Part shown: positions 40,494 through 50,194 of the stretch, piece after piece | Numbering within the stretch: position 1 is the stretch's first letter | Layout of the letters: the number at the start of each line of letters is the position of its first letter | Source: an uncultured Planctomycetota bacterium | GTDB taxonomy: Bacteria; Planctomycetota; PLA2; JAEUHO01 | DNA length: 64,000 nt | Direction of reading: 5' to 3' | Assembly: GCA_963752285.1 (NCBI GenBank) | Contig: CAVVXN010000005.1 | Coordinates: 1,568,001 to 1,632,000, forward strand | Translations under genes and position numbers: made by a program | The notes under the pieces: generated by a model | Databases searched by the model: none | What the model saw: the letters and a program-made list of their open reading frames with translations, nothing else | Told to the model about the DNA's origin: nothing

Positions 40494-41303
40494 TCAGCCG
40501 AGCCAGCGCGACCACGTCTCGCGGGCCACCCGGTCGGCGTCGATCGACACGCCCTGGCGAACGAAGTAGCGCGCGAGGCGGTCCACGTCGCGCTGGAACA
40601 GCTCGAACGCCCGCGGGTGGGCGAGGGCGTCCACGGTCTGCGGCAGGTCGATCACGCGTGCGCGGCCCTCGTGGTAGAGGACGTTGTACGCCGACAGGTC
40701 CGCGTGGATCACGAAGCACGAGAGCATGCGGTTCACGTCCTCGAGGAGCGCCGCGAGGACCCGTTCCGCCTCGTCCGGCGCGAGCGAGACGTCCTGGAGG
40801 ACCGGCGCCGCGCCGCTCTCGTCCCCCACGAACTCCATCAGGATGGCGTTTTGCGTCGCCACGAGCGGCCGAGGCACGTCCACGCCGGCCTGGTGGAGCG
40901 TCTCGAGGGTCTTGTACTCGTGCTGGCACCACGAGATCGCGTCCAGGACCTTTCCGTAGCGCGTCTTCTTGGCGAGCGCGCGCGCGCTCCTCGAGTCGCG
41001 CACGGGCTTCCCCTCGAGGTCCAAAGTGCCGCGCGCCTGCTTGTAGAGCGCGTCGTTCTTCATCGCGCGGAAGATGCGCGGCCGGAACACCTTTGCGGCC
41101 ACGAGGTCGAGACCCGTGCCCGGATGCGCTCGGCAACCGTACACCGTCGCCTCCTTCCCGCCCTTGACGCGGAAGAGGACGTCGGTGAACCACTCCTCTA
41201 CGTAGAGGCCCCCGAGGGCCTCGAGGATCCACGCGCGTTCCTGCCGCCCGCCGCCGAACGACGGGTCGAACGCGCTCTCGAGATCGTGCTGCTTTCGGGA
41301 CAC
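40494..41303 (-). CDS. RIO1-family atypical protein kinase/ATPase
   Basis: KGGKEATVY, AAKVFR, ILMEFVG, IHADLSAYNVL, IDLPQ, RDV. Confidence 0.9.
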   Translation of the reverse strand: MSRKQHDLESAFDPSFGGGRQERAWILEALGGLYVEEWFTDVLFRVKGGKEATVYGCRAHPGTGLDLVAAKVFRPRIFRAMKNDALYKQARGTLDLEGKPVRDSRSARALAKKTRYGKVLDAISWCQHEYKTLETLHQAGVDVPRPLVATQNAILMEFVGDESGAAPVLQDVSLAPDEAERVLAALLEDVNRMLSCFVIHADLSAYNVLYHEGRARVIDLPQTVDALAHPRAFELFQRDVDRLARYFVRQGVSIDADRVARETWSRWLG

Positions 41304-41516
41304 GGGGAAGCTCCGGAGAAGGGCCGCGAGGCCAAACGGGGGTCGGGAGACGTCGAGAGGGGGAACCCGAGCCGGGAACCGGCGCGGGGCGGGTGGACCG
41401 CGCGGCGCGCGGTCGGGGCCGTCGGGCCTCGGCCGGGGTCGCGGGCCGCGCGCGGTACGGGACCGCTTGGGAGCGGTCCCTCCGGCGGGACGACGCGTTC
41501 GCGGTCCGCCAATCCC

Positions 41517-41567
41517 GGTCAGGCGATCGCGGTCAGGCGATCGCGGTCAGGCGATCGGGATCAGGCG
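41517..41567. repeat. 14-nt tandem repeat (GGTCAGGCGATCGC) x3.6
   Basis: Units at 41517, 41531, 41545 and a partial unit at 41559. Confidence 0.9.
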
Positions 41568-41626
41568 CCGCGGACCCGTGCGGCACGGCCCCGGGGGGCG
41601 AGGTCGAGAGCAGCGGTTCGGTTCAT
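41561..41626 (-). CDS. Putative 21-aa leader peptide (MNRTAALDLAPRGRAARVRGA) upstream of the RIO kinase
   Basis: Strong SD GAGAGGAGG 6 nt before ATG; TAGATT -10-like box at about 41676-41681; TGA stop lies in the first repeat unit. Confidence 0.55.
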   Translation of the reverse strand: MNRTAALDLAPRGRAARVRGA

Positions 41627-41956
41627 CCTGCGCCTCCTCTCTGGCCGCGGGCCGGTACGGGGTGTCGAGGGAGGAGAATCTACCCGGCTCGACGAGCCGG
41701 GCGCCAGCCCCGGCTCCGGCGGTCCCCCGGATCGGCGCGCGCGAAGGACACCGGCCCCCCGGAGACCCCCGTCCCGTCCCGGCGACGGCTCGCGTGTCGG
41801 CGTCGGAGGACGACGTGCGCGGAGGATCTCCGACGGACGAAGCGGCCCCGTCCGAAGCGCGCGGCGTGCCGCGAGGCCCCCGAGAGCCTCTCCCCTTCGC
41901 GGCGAGCCGCCGGGCGGTCCGGGTCGGGGGCGCGGGGGGGACGGACCCGGTCGGCC

Positions 41957-43086
41957 GAGGCCGTGCCTCTGGAGGTGGTAGCGGAGCTGGGCGTACGTAA
42001 TCCCGAGCGCCCGGGCGGCCGCCGCCCGGTTCCCGTCGGCCCGGCGGAGCGCGCGCTCGAGCGACCCGCGCGCGAACGCGTCCACCTGCTGCGGGCCCCC
42101 CCCGCCAGGTCGGGCGCCCGGGGCCCGTCGAGGCCCAGGTCCTCCGGCGCGATCTCGTTGGTGATGTCCCGGCACGCCGCGCGTTCGATCCCGTTCTTGA
42201 GCTCTCGGACGTTTCCCGGGAACGAATGCCTCTCGAGCGCGCGGATCGCCGCGTCGGAGAGGCGCTTCCCTCCGAGCGCGGGGATCGCGCGCGAGAATGG
42301 GTCGAGGACGTGCCGCGCGAAGAGCGCGACGTCTCCCTCGCGCTCCCCGAGCGGCGGCATGACGATCACCCCGAACGCGAGCCGAACGTAGAGGTCCGAG
42401 AGGAACCGCCCGTCGCGCATGCGCTCGACGAGGTCCACGTTCGTCGCGGCGATGATCCGTGCGGTGCTCCGGAGCTCCCGCACGCCACCGACGCGCGGGT
42501 AGGTGCCGTCCTCGACCACGCGCAGGATCCTCTGCTGGAACGCCGCCGACATGTGGGCGATCTCGTCCCGGAAGAGCGTGCCGTGGTCGGCCGGCTCGAA
42601 CCGTCCGGGCGGCGCGCGGTCCGCGCCGGTGAAGGCGCCCCGCTCGTGCCCGAAGGGCTCCCTCTCGAGCAACGGCTCGGCGAAGGCGGCGCAGTTCACG
42701 GTGACCATCGGCCCCACGTCCGCGCCCCGGGCGAGGTGGATCGCGTGCGCCTCGAGCTCCTTCCCCGTGCCCCGCTCGCCCTCGATCCGCACGGACCGCG
42801 GGATCGCCGCCACCCGACGCGCCTGGTCGAGCGCCCGGCGGATCCGCGGCGACTCGCCGACGATCTGGAACCGCGCCTCGAGCCCCCGGCGGAGCCTCGC
42901 GTTCTGCTCGCCGAGGCGCCGCTTCCGCTCGGCGATCTCGAAGCCCGCCTGGAGCTCCCCGAGGAGCGTGGCCACCCGGTCCTCGAGGTTCGGCCCGCAC
43001 ACGAGGAAATCGCGGGCGCCGGCCAGGACGGCGTCCGAGGCGCGCGCGGAGCCGCCGAGGCGGAGCGCGACGGCGGGGACGTCGAC
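41957..43086 (-). pseudogene. Degenerate sigma54-dependent activator (truncated receiver + AAA + Fis HTH), frameshifted
   Basis: GERGTGKE and GAFTGA present; Walker B region LFRDE and EREPFGH are altered; only the end of a receiver domain remains; HTH (GNRAAAARALGITYAQLRY) is in another frame after a G8 run at 42096-42103. Confidence 0.78.
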
Positions 43087-43134
43087 CGGACGGACCCGTC
43101 GTGAGGGTCTTGCCGATGCGACACTCGACACGGC

Positions 43135-43764
43135 ATGCGGCCGGTCGTCGTCTTCGATCTGGACGGGACGCTCGTGGACTCGCTCCCGGGCATCGTGGAG
43201 AGCTTTCGCGCCGCCTTCGCGGCGCGGGGGCTCCCACCGCCGCCGCCCCGTGCGGTCTACGCCCAGATCGGCAAGCCCCTGGAGAGCATGTGCGCGGCGT
43301 TCGCCGAGCCGCAGGAGGTGCCGCGCCTGGCGGCGGCGTACCGCGCGCACTACCTCGACACGGCCTGCGACACGAGCCGCGCCTTCCCGGGCGTGGCCGA
43401 CGTGCTCGCCACGCTCGGCGCACGCGGGGTGCTTCGCGTCGTCGCGACGACGAAACGCTCGGACCTCGCGCGCCGGATGGCGACGGCGGCCGGGCTCGAC
43501 GACGTGCTGGACCACGTGCAGGGCACGGACGGGTTCGCCGCGAAGCCCGCGCCGGACGTCGTCCACCGCGCGATCGCGGCGGTCGGGGGCCGCGGCCTCT
43601 GGATGGTCGGCGACACCGTCCACGACGTCGAGGCCGGACGCGCGGCGGGAATTTCGACGTACGCGGTGACGTGGCCGGGTGGCGACGGCTCGCGCGTTCG
43701 CGCTGCGCGTCCCGACGTGGTCGCGCCGGACCTCGGTCGGCTTCTCGACCTCTGCCCGGCTTGA
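43135..43764 (+). CDS. HAD-superfamily hydrolase (phosphoglycolate phosphatase-like)
   Basis: FDLDGTLVDS, ATTK, KPAP, MVGDT..DV.AG. Confidence 0.92.
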   Translation: MRPVVVFDLDGTLVDSLPGIVESFRAAFAARGLPPPPPRAVYAQIGKPLESMCAAFAEPQEVPRLAAAYRAHYLDTACDTSRAFPGVADVLATLGARGVLRVVATTKRSDLARRMATAAGLDDVLDHVQGTDGFAAKPAPDVVHRAIAAVGGRGLWMVGDTVHDVEAGRAAGISTYAVTWPGGDGSRVRAARPDVVAPDLGRLLDLCPA

Positions 43765-43777
43765 CCGGGCGCGCGCG

Positions 43778-45433
43778 TCACGCGGGGGCGCCGGGCTCCC
43801 CCTCGCCCTCGCCGGTCAGCGCCGCGCCGGCGTCGAGGAGCGCCTCCAGGTGCGACTCGGAGACGAAGCTCTCCGCGTAGATCTTCGCGATCGGCTCCGT
43901 GCCCGACGGCCGCACCGCGAGCCACCCGTTGGACGTCGAGACCTTGATCCCGCCGATCCGCGCGCCGTTGCCCGCGGCCGTGGTCCTCCGCTCGACGACG
44001 GGGTCCCCCGCCAGCGTCGGGCTCGGCACGTCGTCGGGAGCGAGCGCGGCGAGGCGCTCACGCACCTCGGCCGACGCGAAGACGTCCCGTCGCCGGTAGA
44101 ACGGCCGGCCCAGCTCCTCGGCGATCTCCTCGAAGAGCTGGCCGGGGTCACGCCCGGTTCGCGCGCGCATCTCCGCCGCCAGGAGCCCGAGCAGGATGCC
44201 GTCCTTGTCGGTCGTCCACGGGTGCCCGTCCCGCGAGAGGAAGCTCGCGCCGGCGCTCTCCTCCCCGCCGAACACGATCCGCGCGGCCGCGAGCTCTTCG
44301 GCGAACCACTTGAACCCGACCGGTACCTCGTAGATGCCGCGGCGTTCGACCTTCGCAACGCGGTCGAGGAGCGAGCTCGTGACCAGCGTCTTGCCGATGC
44401 GGGCCTCGTGGGACCAGCTGAGGCGCGTGCGCAGGAGGTAGCGAATCGCGACGGCGAGGTACCGGTTCGGGTCGAGCAGCCCCGCCGACGGAGCGACGAT
44501 CCCGTGGCGGTCGGCATCGGGATCGGTGCCGAACGCGACGTCGAATCGGTCCTTCATCGCGATGAGCGGGGCCATCGCGTACGGCGACGAGCAGTCCATG
44601 CGGATCTTGCCGTCGTGGTCGAGGGTCATGAAGGCGAAGCGCGGGTCCAGCCGGTCGTTCACGACCGTGACGTCGAGGCCGTGCGCCTCGGCCAGCGCCG
44701 CCACGTAGGGCAGCGCGGACCCGCCGAGCGGGTCGATCCCGATCCTGACGCCCGCGTCCCGGATCGCGCCGAGGTCGATGGCCCGCGCGAGGTCGGGCAC
44801 GTAGGAGGAGACGAAGTCCCGCTCCTGCGACCGCGCGGCCGCCGCGGCGCGCTCGAAGGGGAGCCGCCGGACGCCCTCGAGGCCGGACGCGAGGTACGCG
44901 TTCGCCCGGTCCTGGATGTCCTTCGTGACGCGCGAACCGGCGGGGCCTCCGTGCGGCGGGTTGTACTTGAAGCCTCCGTCGCAGGGGGGATTGTGGGAAG
45001 GCGTGACGACCACCCCGTCGGAGGGGTCCTCGCCGTGGTCACGGTTCCAGACCAGGATCTCGTGCGAGATCACCGGTGTCGGCGCGAACCCGTCGTCCAC
45101 CTGGCGGATCGTCCAGACCTCGTTCGCGGTGAAGACCTCGAGTGCGGTCCGCTCGGCCGGCCGCGACAGCGCGTGGGTGTCCTTGCCCAGGAACAGCGGG
45201 CCCCGGATCCGCGCCCCCCGACGGTGGTCGGCGATCGCCTGCGCGATCGCCGCGACGTGATCGTCGTTGAACGACCCGTCCGAGGACGTCCCGCGATGGC
45301 CGCTCGTCCCGAAGGCCACCCGCTGGGCCGGCGAGCTCGGATCCGGGTGGACGTCCGCATAGTCCGCGAGCAGCCGGTCCACGTCCACCAGGACGTCCTG
45401 GGGCGCGGGTTCGCCGGCGCGCGGATCGACCAT
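43778..45433 (-). CDS. pgm: Phosphoglucomutase (alpha-D-glucose-1,6-bisphosphate dependent)
   Basis: FGTSGHRG, TPSHNPP, DGKIRMDCSSP, DPDADRHG, VGFKWF, GGEESAG, RPSGTE...KIYAESF. Confidence 0.95.
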   Translation of the reverse strand: MVDPRAGEPAPQDVLVDVDRLLADYADVHPDPSSPAQRVAFGTSGHRGTSSDGSFNDDHVAAIAQAIADHRRGARIRGPLFLGKDTHALSRPAERTALEVFTANEVWTIRQVDDGFAPTPVISHEILVWNRDHGEDPSDGVVVTPSHNPPCDGGFKYNPPHGGPAGSRVTKDIQDRANAYLASGLEGVRRLPFERAAAAARSQERDFVSSYVPDLARAIDLGAIRDAGVRIGIDPLGGSALPYVAALAEAHGLDVTVVNDRLDPRFAFMTLDHDGKIRMDCSSPYAMAPLIAMKDRFDVAFGTDPDADRHGIVAPSAGLLDPNRYLAVAIRYLLRTRLSWSHEARIGKTLVTSSLLDRVAKVERRGIYEVPVGFKWFAEELAAARIVFGGEESAGASFLSRDGHPWTTDKDGILLGLLAAEMRARTGRDPGQLFEEIAEELGRPFYRRRDVFASAEVRERLAALAPDDVPSPTLAGDPVVERRTTAAGNGARIGGIKVSTSNGWLAVRPSGTEPIAKIYAESFVSESHLEALLDAGAALTGEGEGEPGAPA

Positions 45434-45522
45434 CGACGAACTCCTCCTGCCGACGCCTGCCCGCCTTCCTACCACGTCCGCGGGGCGTCAGGACGCCCGG
45501 CCCCCCCATTCCTCCGCCGATC

Positions 45523-46236
45523 TCAAGAGCGTCCCCACAGTCTTTCGAAGTCGCGCGCGATGCGGCGGATGCTCCGGGCGTGGAGCAGCTCGTGCCAGAC
45601 GAGCCGGCGAAGGACCTTCCTCGCGGTCCAGTCCTCGCCGCGGTCCCGGTGCCGACGCACGCGGTCGTCCGAGACCTCGAGATCGCCGAGGAACGCGAGC
45701 GTCGCCTCGCGACTCCGTTCGAGCGCCTCTTCGACGGGCGTGTCGGCCTCGAGCGCGAAGCCCGGGTCCCAACCGACGGACGCGAGGTAGTACGAGACCT
45801 CGCACCGCGCCACGTGGTCGAGGATCTGGAGGACGGACCTCCACGTGGCCCAGGGAGGGAACGACGCGTAGGGCGGCTCCCAGTCGAGCGCGCCCTCGGG
45901 GAGACCGCCGGCGGCCGCGAGCAGCTCCGCGCGCGCACGCTCGAGCAGCACGCGCGTTCGGGCGATGTCCTCGTCCGACGCCTCCAGCAGGTCCGCCGTG
46001 AAGCTCGGCTCGTCGCCGCGGACCCGCTCGACGACGCGCGGCGTGCCCGCGACCGCCGGCGGCTCGAGCCCGATCTCACGCAACCAGGCGCGGTGCTCCG
46101 TCACGCGCTCGGGGACCCGGACGAGCACCTCCTTCTCCGTCGGGGCCCACGTCGCGAAGCCCGGGAGGTCCAGGACCCAGGCCTGGCAGCCCGGATCGTG
46201 CGGCGGTCCGAAGAGGAGATGGACGTCGATGGACAT
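45523..46236 (-). CDS. HicB-like N-terminal domain + DinB family protein
   Basis: AWVLDLPG.....TEKE; ILDHVA..E..Y; WTARKVLRRLVWHELLH. Confidence 0.8.
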   Translation of the reverse strand: MSIDVHLLFGPPHDPGCQAWVLDLPGFATWAPTEKEVLVRVPERVTEHRAWLREIGLEPPAVAGTPRVVERVRGDEPSFTADLLEASDEDIARTRVLLERARAELLAAAGGLPEGALDWEPPYASFPPWATWRSVLQILDHVARCEVSYYLASVGWDPGFALEADTPVEEALERSREATLAFLGDLEVSDDRVRRHRDRGEDWTARKVLRRLVWHELLHARSIRRIARDFERLWGRS

Positions 46237-46519
46237 GTGCGCGGGGGGCCCGAGCAACGCCCGGGACACGCCACGATACCCCTGCGGCCCCCGACGTCGC
46301 GGGCCAGGCCGGCGCCCTCCCGAGGCCGGCCGGGCCGAGAGCCCTTCGCGCGACGCGGTGTCCGCCGGATCCGAACCGCATCCTCGAGGACGGCGGTCGC
46401 GCGTCCGGCCGGCCCGCGCGGCCCGGTGCCGGGAGCCGGACAGCGCGGTCGCGAACGCACCTCGCGGTCGCGCCCGGCCGGGAACCCGTGCGCCCTTCGG
46501 GTGTAGGCTCGCGACGTCC

Positions 46520-47578
46520 ATGGGAGACCTGCCCGTGCCCGAGCCGTCTTGTCCTTCGCCCCTCGAGCGCCTCCAGCAGATGGCCGCGGGGTTCGTACCG
46601 GCGAAGATCCTCCTCGCGAGCGCGGAGCTCCGTCTCTTCGACCGCCTCCGGGCCGGTGACGCGACGGCGGCGGACGTGGCGGTCGAGCTCGGCGCCCCCG
46701 CCCGCGGCCTGGAGATCGTGCTCGACGCGCTCGTCGCGCTGGGCCTGGTCGAGAAGGACGCGGGGCGGTATCGCAACGCGCCCGCCTACGAGCCGTTCCT
46801 GGTCGAGGACGGGCCCACGCACTTCGTGGCCTCGCTCCGGCACCGGAACCGCCTCTTCCGGCACTGGGCCTTCCTGGAGGAGGTCGTGCTGGGCGGCGCC
46901 AAGCCCGCCGCGCTCGACGACCGGGGATCCCTGGAGGACCCGAAGCACAACGACGACTTCATCCGCGCGATGTACGCCGGATCGCACGCGCGCGTAGCGT
47001 CCGTCGTGGACCGGATCGACCTGGACGGCGTCCTGCAGGTGGCGGACGTCGGCGGGGGTCCGGGCCACTACCTCGCCGAGATCCTGCGGCGCCTGCCGAA
47101 GGCCCAGGGGTTCCTCGTGGACCTGCCCCTGACCATCCAGGCGGCGAAGCGCATCCGCGCGGACGGAGAGACGCGGGACCGGACCACGTACGTCGCGTGG
47201 GACTTCTACGCGGACGGACCGCCCCCCCGTCTGCCGCCGCTGGACCTGGTCTTCCTCTCGCAGGTCGTGCACGCGGCCTGTGCGGACGACAACACCGCGC
47301 TCTTCCGGCGCCTCGCCCCGCTCCTCCGTCCGGACGGACGGCTCGTCGTGCAGGAGCACGTCGTGGACCCCGACCGGACCACCCCGCGCGAGGCCGCGCT
47401 CTTCGCCGTGAACATGCTCGCGATGACGCCCGCCGGGACGACGTACACCGAGGCCGAGATCCGCCGATTCGCGGAGGGCGCCGGGCTGCTCCCCGACGGC
47501 GGCGAGCGCCTCGATGGCCGCGCCCACCTCCTCGTCTACCGCCGGCCGACGGAGGCCGAGCGGGTCCGCACGGACTGA
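46520..47578 (+). CDS. SAM-dependent O-methyltransferase (dimerisation + Methyltransf_2)
   Basis: N-terminal winged helix (LDALVALGLV), ADVGGGPG, DF, SQVVH, LRPDGRL. Confidence 0.9.
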   Translation: MGDLPVPEPSCPSPLERLQQMAAGFVPAKILLASAELRLFDRLRAGDATAADVAVELGAPARGLEIVLDALVALGLVEKDAGRYRNAPAYEPFLVEDGPTHFVASLRHRNRLFRHWAFLEEVVLGGAKPAALDDRGSLEDPKHNDDFIRAMYAGSHARVASVVDRIDLDGVLQVADVGGGPGHYLAEILRRLPKAQGFLVDLPLTIQAAKRIRADGETRDRTTYVAWDFYADGPPPRLPPLDLVFLSQVVHAACADDNTALFRRLAPLLRPDGRLVVQEHVVDPDRTTPREAALFAVNMLAMTPAGTTYTEAEIRRFAEGAGLLPDGGERLDGRAHLLVYRRPTEAERVRTD

Positions 47579-47714
47579 CGCGGGCGCGCGTCGGCGCGCG
47601 GCGTCCCTGGGGCGCGACGCCGGGGAGCGACACGGCGGCGGCGCGACCGCGGCCCGAAGGTGGGACGCTTCGCGGTCCGGCGCGGGACCGCTCCGACGGC
47701 CCTCGGGCCGTCGA

Positions 47715-48968
47715 TCAGGCCGGGTGCGGGGTGGGCGGGTAGTCGAAGTACGCGTCCCACGTCTCGTCGAGTCGCGAGAGCGCCTCCTCGAGCGGCACGG
47801 CGCGCCACGTCCCGTCGCCCCGCCTCTCGGCGAGGCGAAGGCGGAGGAGCTTCGCGAGGGCGTCCTCGGCGTCGAAGTCCAGCTCCACCTGGTACCGCTC
47901 GCGAAACCAGGTCTCGATCCGGCGATCGAGGGCGTCCTCTGCGAGATCCTCCTCCAGCAAGAACCGGTACGCGAGGAGCGTCTCCTTCAGCTCCTCGCCC
48001 TCCGCGCGGTCCACGAGCGCGGCGAGGACCCCGGAGTTGTTCGCGAGGTTCTTGTAGTAGAGGTTCTCGGTCAGGGTCTTCATGAACCGGATCTTCCGGT
48101 TCTTGTAGCCGAGCCACTGCTTCACCGCGTAGCTCGCGATCGCGGCGAGCCCGGCGCCGAGCGCGACGAGGCGGGCGCCGTCGATGACGGGGCGGTCCTT
48201 CGCGAAGCCGAGCCAGAACAGGACGAGCGCCACGACGAGGCCGATCACGGCCGCGAGCTTGGTCACGACGACGAACACGCCGGTCACGAGGGCGGGCACG
48301 CCCATCGCCACCTTGTCGATCGTCTTCATCCGGACCTCGGAGTTGGGGAGGAGCATCTCGAGGTCGGCGCACGGGATGTCGGAGAAGAGCTTCAGGATCG
48401 TGGACCCGGGCCGGAACGGGAGTCCTTCTCTCGGGCGCTCCCGCGCCTCGAAGTGCGCCGCGTCCGCGAAGATCGCGAGCATCAGGACGCGCTCGTACGT
48501 CGCGACGTCGATCTCTCGGCGGGACAGGCCCGCGAAGCGGACCAGCGTCTCCTTTCGGACCGTCTCGCCCCGGCGGTACAGCCGCAGCTCCTGGAGGTCG
48601 TCGAAGTTCACGTGCAGCCGGATCCGGAAGAGCGACTCCTCCTCCATCGCACGGTGGATCTCGTCCTCGGAGACGCGGACGTAGTTCGCGCAGACGAGCA
48701 CGGCCTCGAGCCCCTCCAGCAGGCGCCGCCTCGCGTCCGCGCGCTCGGCGTCGGTCGGCGGCCGGAGCACGCGCGTGTCCCGGTCCGGGTCGAAGGGCAC
48801 GTACGCGTCCCGCAGCCCGTCGAGCCGGGCCTGGAACTCGAAGTGGAACGTCGCCTCGAGGATCCGCGAGAGCGCCCGGAAGCGGTCCCCCTCGGTCTCG
48901 TCGAGCCCGTCCCGCTCGAGGCACATCTCGAGCACTTCCTTGCGACGGAAGGGGACGAAGTGGTCCAT
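47715..48968 (-). CDS. TMEM143/DUF3754 family membrane protein
   Basis: FVPFRR, Y.PFDPD, LKLFSDIP.ADLEMLLP, LYYKNLANNSG, AE.EE.KE.LLAY. Confidence 0.85.
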   Translation of the reverse strand: MDHFVPFRRKEVLEMCLERDGLDETEGDRFRALSRILEATFHFEFQARLDGLRDAYVPFDPDRDTRVLRPPTDAERADARRRLLEGLEAVLVCANYVRVSEDEIHRAMEEESLFRIRLHVNFDDLQELRLYRRGETVRKETLVRFAGLSRREIDVATYERVLMLAIFADAAHFEARERPREGLPFRPGSTILKLFSDIPCADLEMLLPNSEVRMKTIDKVAMGVPALVTGVFVVVTKLAAVIGLVVALVLFWLGFAKDRPVIDGARLVALGAGLAAIASYAVKQWLGYKNRKIRFMKTLTENLYYKNLANNSGVLAALVDRAEGEELKETLLAYRFLLEEDLAEDALDRRIETWFRERYQVELDFDAEDALAKLLRLRLAERRGDGTWRAVPLEEALSRLDETWDAYFDYPPTPHPA

Positions 48969-49229
48969 CGGCGCTCTTCTCCCCGCGGCCCGCACCGCCG
49001 TCCCGCGGCGTCTCGGGGGTCCGTAGCCGGCGGCGCGAACCCGACGACGAGCCGCCCCGCGGGTCCGGACGACACCTCGGGGACTCCTCCTCGTCGAGGA
49101 CGCGCGAGAATACAGGCGACGGGGCGGTCGGCTCCTCGCCACCGATCGATCGGGGCGGAGGAGCCCCGCTCCCATCCGCTCAGGGGCCGGTCGCGCGCCG
49201 GTGCGCCGCGCTGTGGGTCCGGCATCGCA

Positions 49230-50033
49230 TCATCCGCACGCGTGTGCTCCACCACAGCCGGTTCCTGCCGCGGGCGCACTCCCCTCCGGAACCGTCGTCG
49301 TCTCGGGGACCGGCGGCGCGTCGCGGGCCGTTCGCGGATCGGCGGGCGGCGAGGCCTTCGGCTCGGGGTTCGACAACGGCGGGGGCGCGGGCATGGGCTT
49401 CGCCGCGGTCGGCGCGGACTCGGCGCCGCGGGCGGAGGCCGGAGCCACGCAAGGGGCCGATGGCCGGTTCGGATCGAGGGTGACGCCGGGCGTGTCCCCC
49501 CGAGGCCCCAGGCGCGTCGCCTCGGGACTCAAGTTGTAGAGGAGGTATCTCAACGCGTTCCGACTCTGCTCCGGGTCCTCGGTGCGCAGGCCCTGAACCA
49601 CGTCCACGAAGAACTCCCGTGCCTCCTCGTCGCTGCGGCCGAGCCGATCGAGCTGCCAGCGGATCTGGTAGAGCAACGCGAGGTCGGCGGGCTCCGCCCC
49701 GGGTGGATCGAGGAGCGACGCGAGCGTCGGGAGACCGGACTCCGACGGCCCGACGGTCCGCGCCGCCACCAGACCCAGCCCGACACAGGAGGCGGACGCC
49801 CACAGGAAGAAGGACACGAGCCGCGCGACGCGCAGTCCGGGCTCGATTGCGGCCGGCGACGTCTCCTGGGATCGGGCTTGCCAGAGGAGCGCGCTCGCCG
49901 CGACCCACACCGGGGTGAGGACCAGTCGCACCGGCTCGGCGACGAACACGAGGATGGCGGCCGTACCCGCACCGGCCAGCAACGCGAGCGGGTGCGGAAG
50001 CAGCGACTTCAGGCCTGACGCGGTGCGCACCAT
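49230..50033 (-). CDS. Hypothetical membrane protein with Pro-rich tail
   Basis: About 3 TMs followed by a low-complexity C-terminus; SD GGAGGAGG upstream. Confidence 0.5.
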   Translation of the reverse strand: MVRTASGLKSLLPHPLALLAGAGTAAILVFVAEPVRLVLTPVWVAASALLWQARSQETSPAAIEPGLRVARLVSFFLWASASCVGLGLVAARTVGPSESGLPTLASLLDPPGAEPADLALLYQIRWQLDRLGRSDEEAREFFVDVVQGLRTEDPEQSRNALRYLLYNLSPEATRLGPRGDTPGVTLDPNRPSAPCVAPASARGAESAPTAAKPMPAPPPLSNPEPKASPPADPRTARDAPPVPETTTVPEGSAPAAGTGCGGAHACG

Positions 50034-50194
50034 GGGAGCTTCGGCTGGGGGCGAGCCCTCCTCCTCGTCGTTGGGCCCGCGTCGAAGTGTAGGGATCCCG
50101 AGACTCCCCCGCAACGTCCCCGCGGCGGGGATCGAAGGGGGGGATTCTGGCGAAATGGACGGTTTGGTACCCTGCCGCACCGCGGGGGGAGGCC

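Noticed and set aside
41517..41567. Possible CRISPR array
   Set aside because: Direct 14-nt tandem units with no spacers, and no cas genes
45523..46236. HicAB toxin-antitoxin system
   Set aside because: The HicB-like fold is fused to DinB and there is no adjacent hicA
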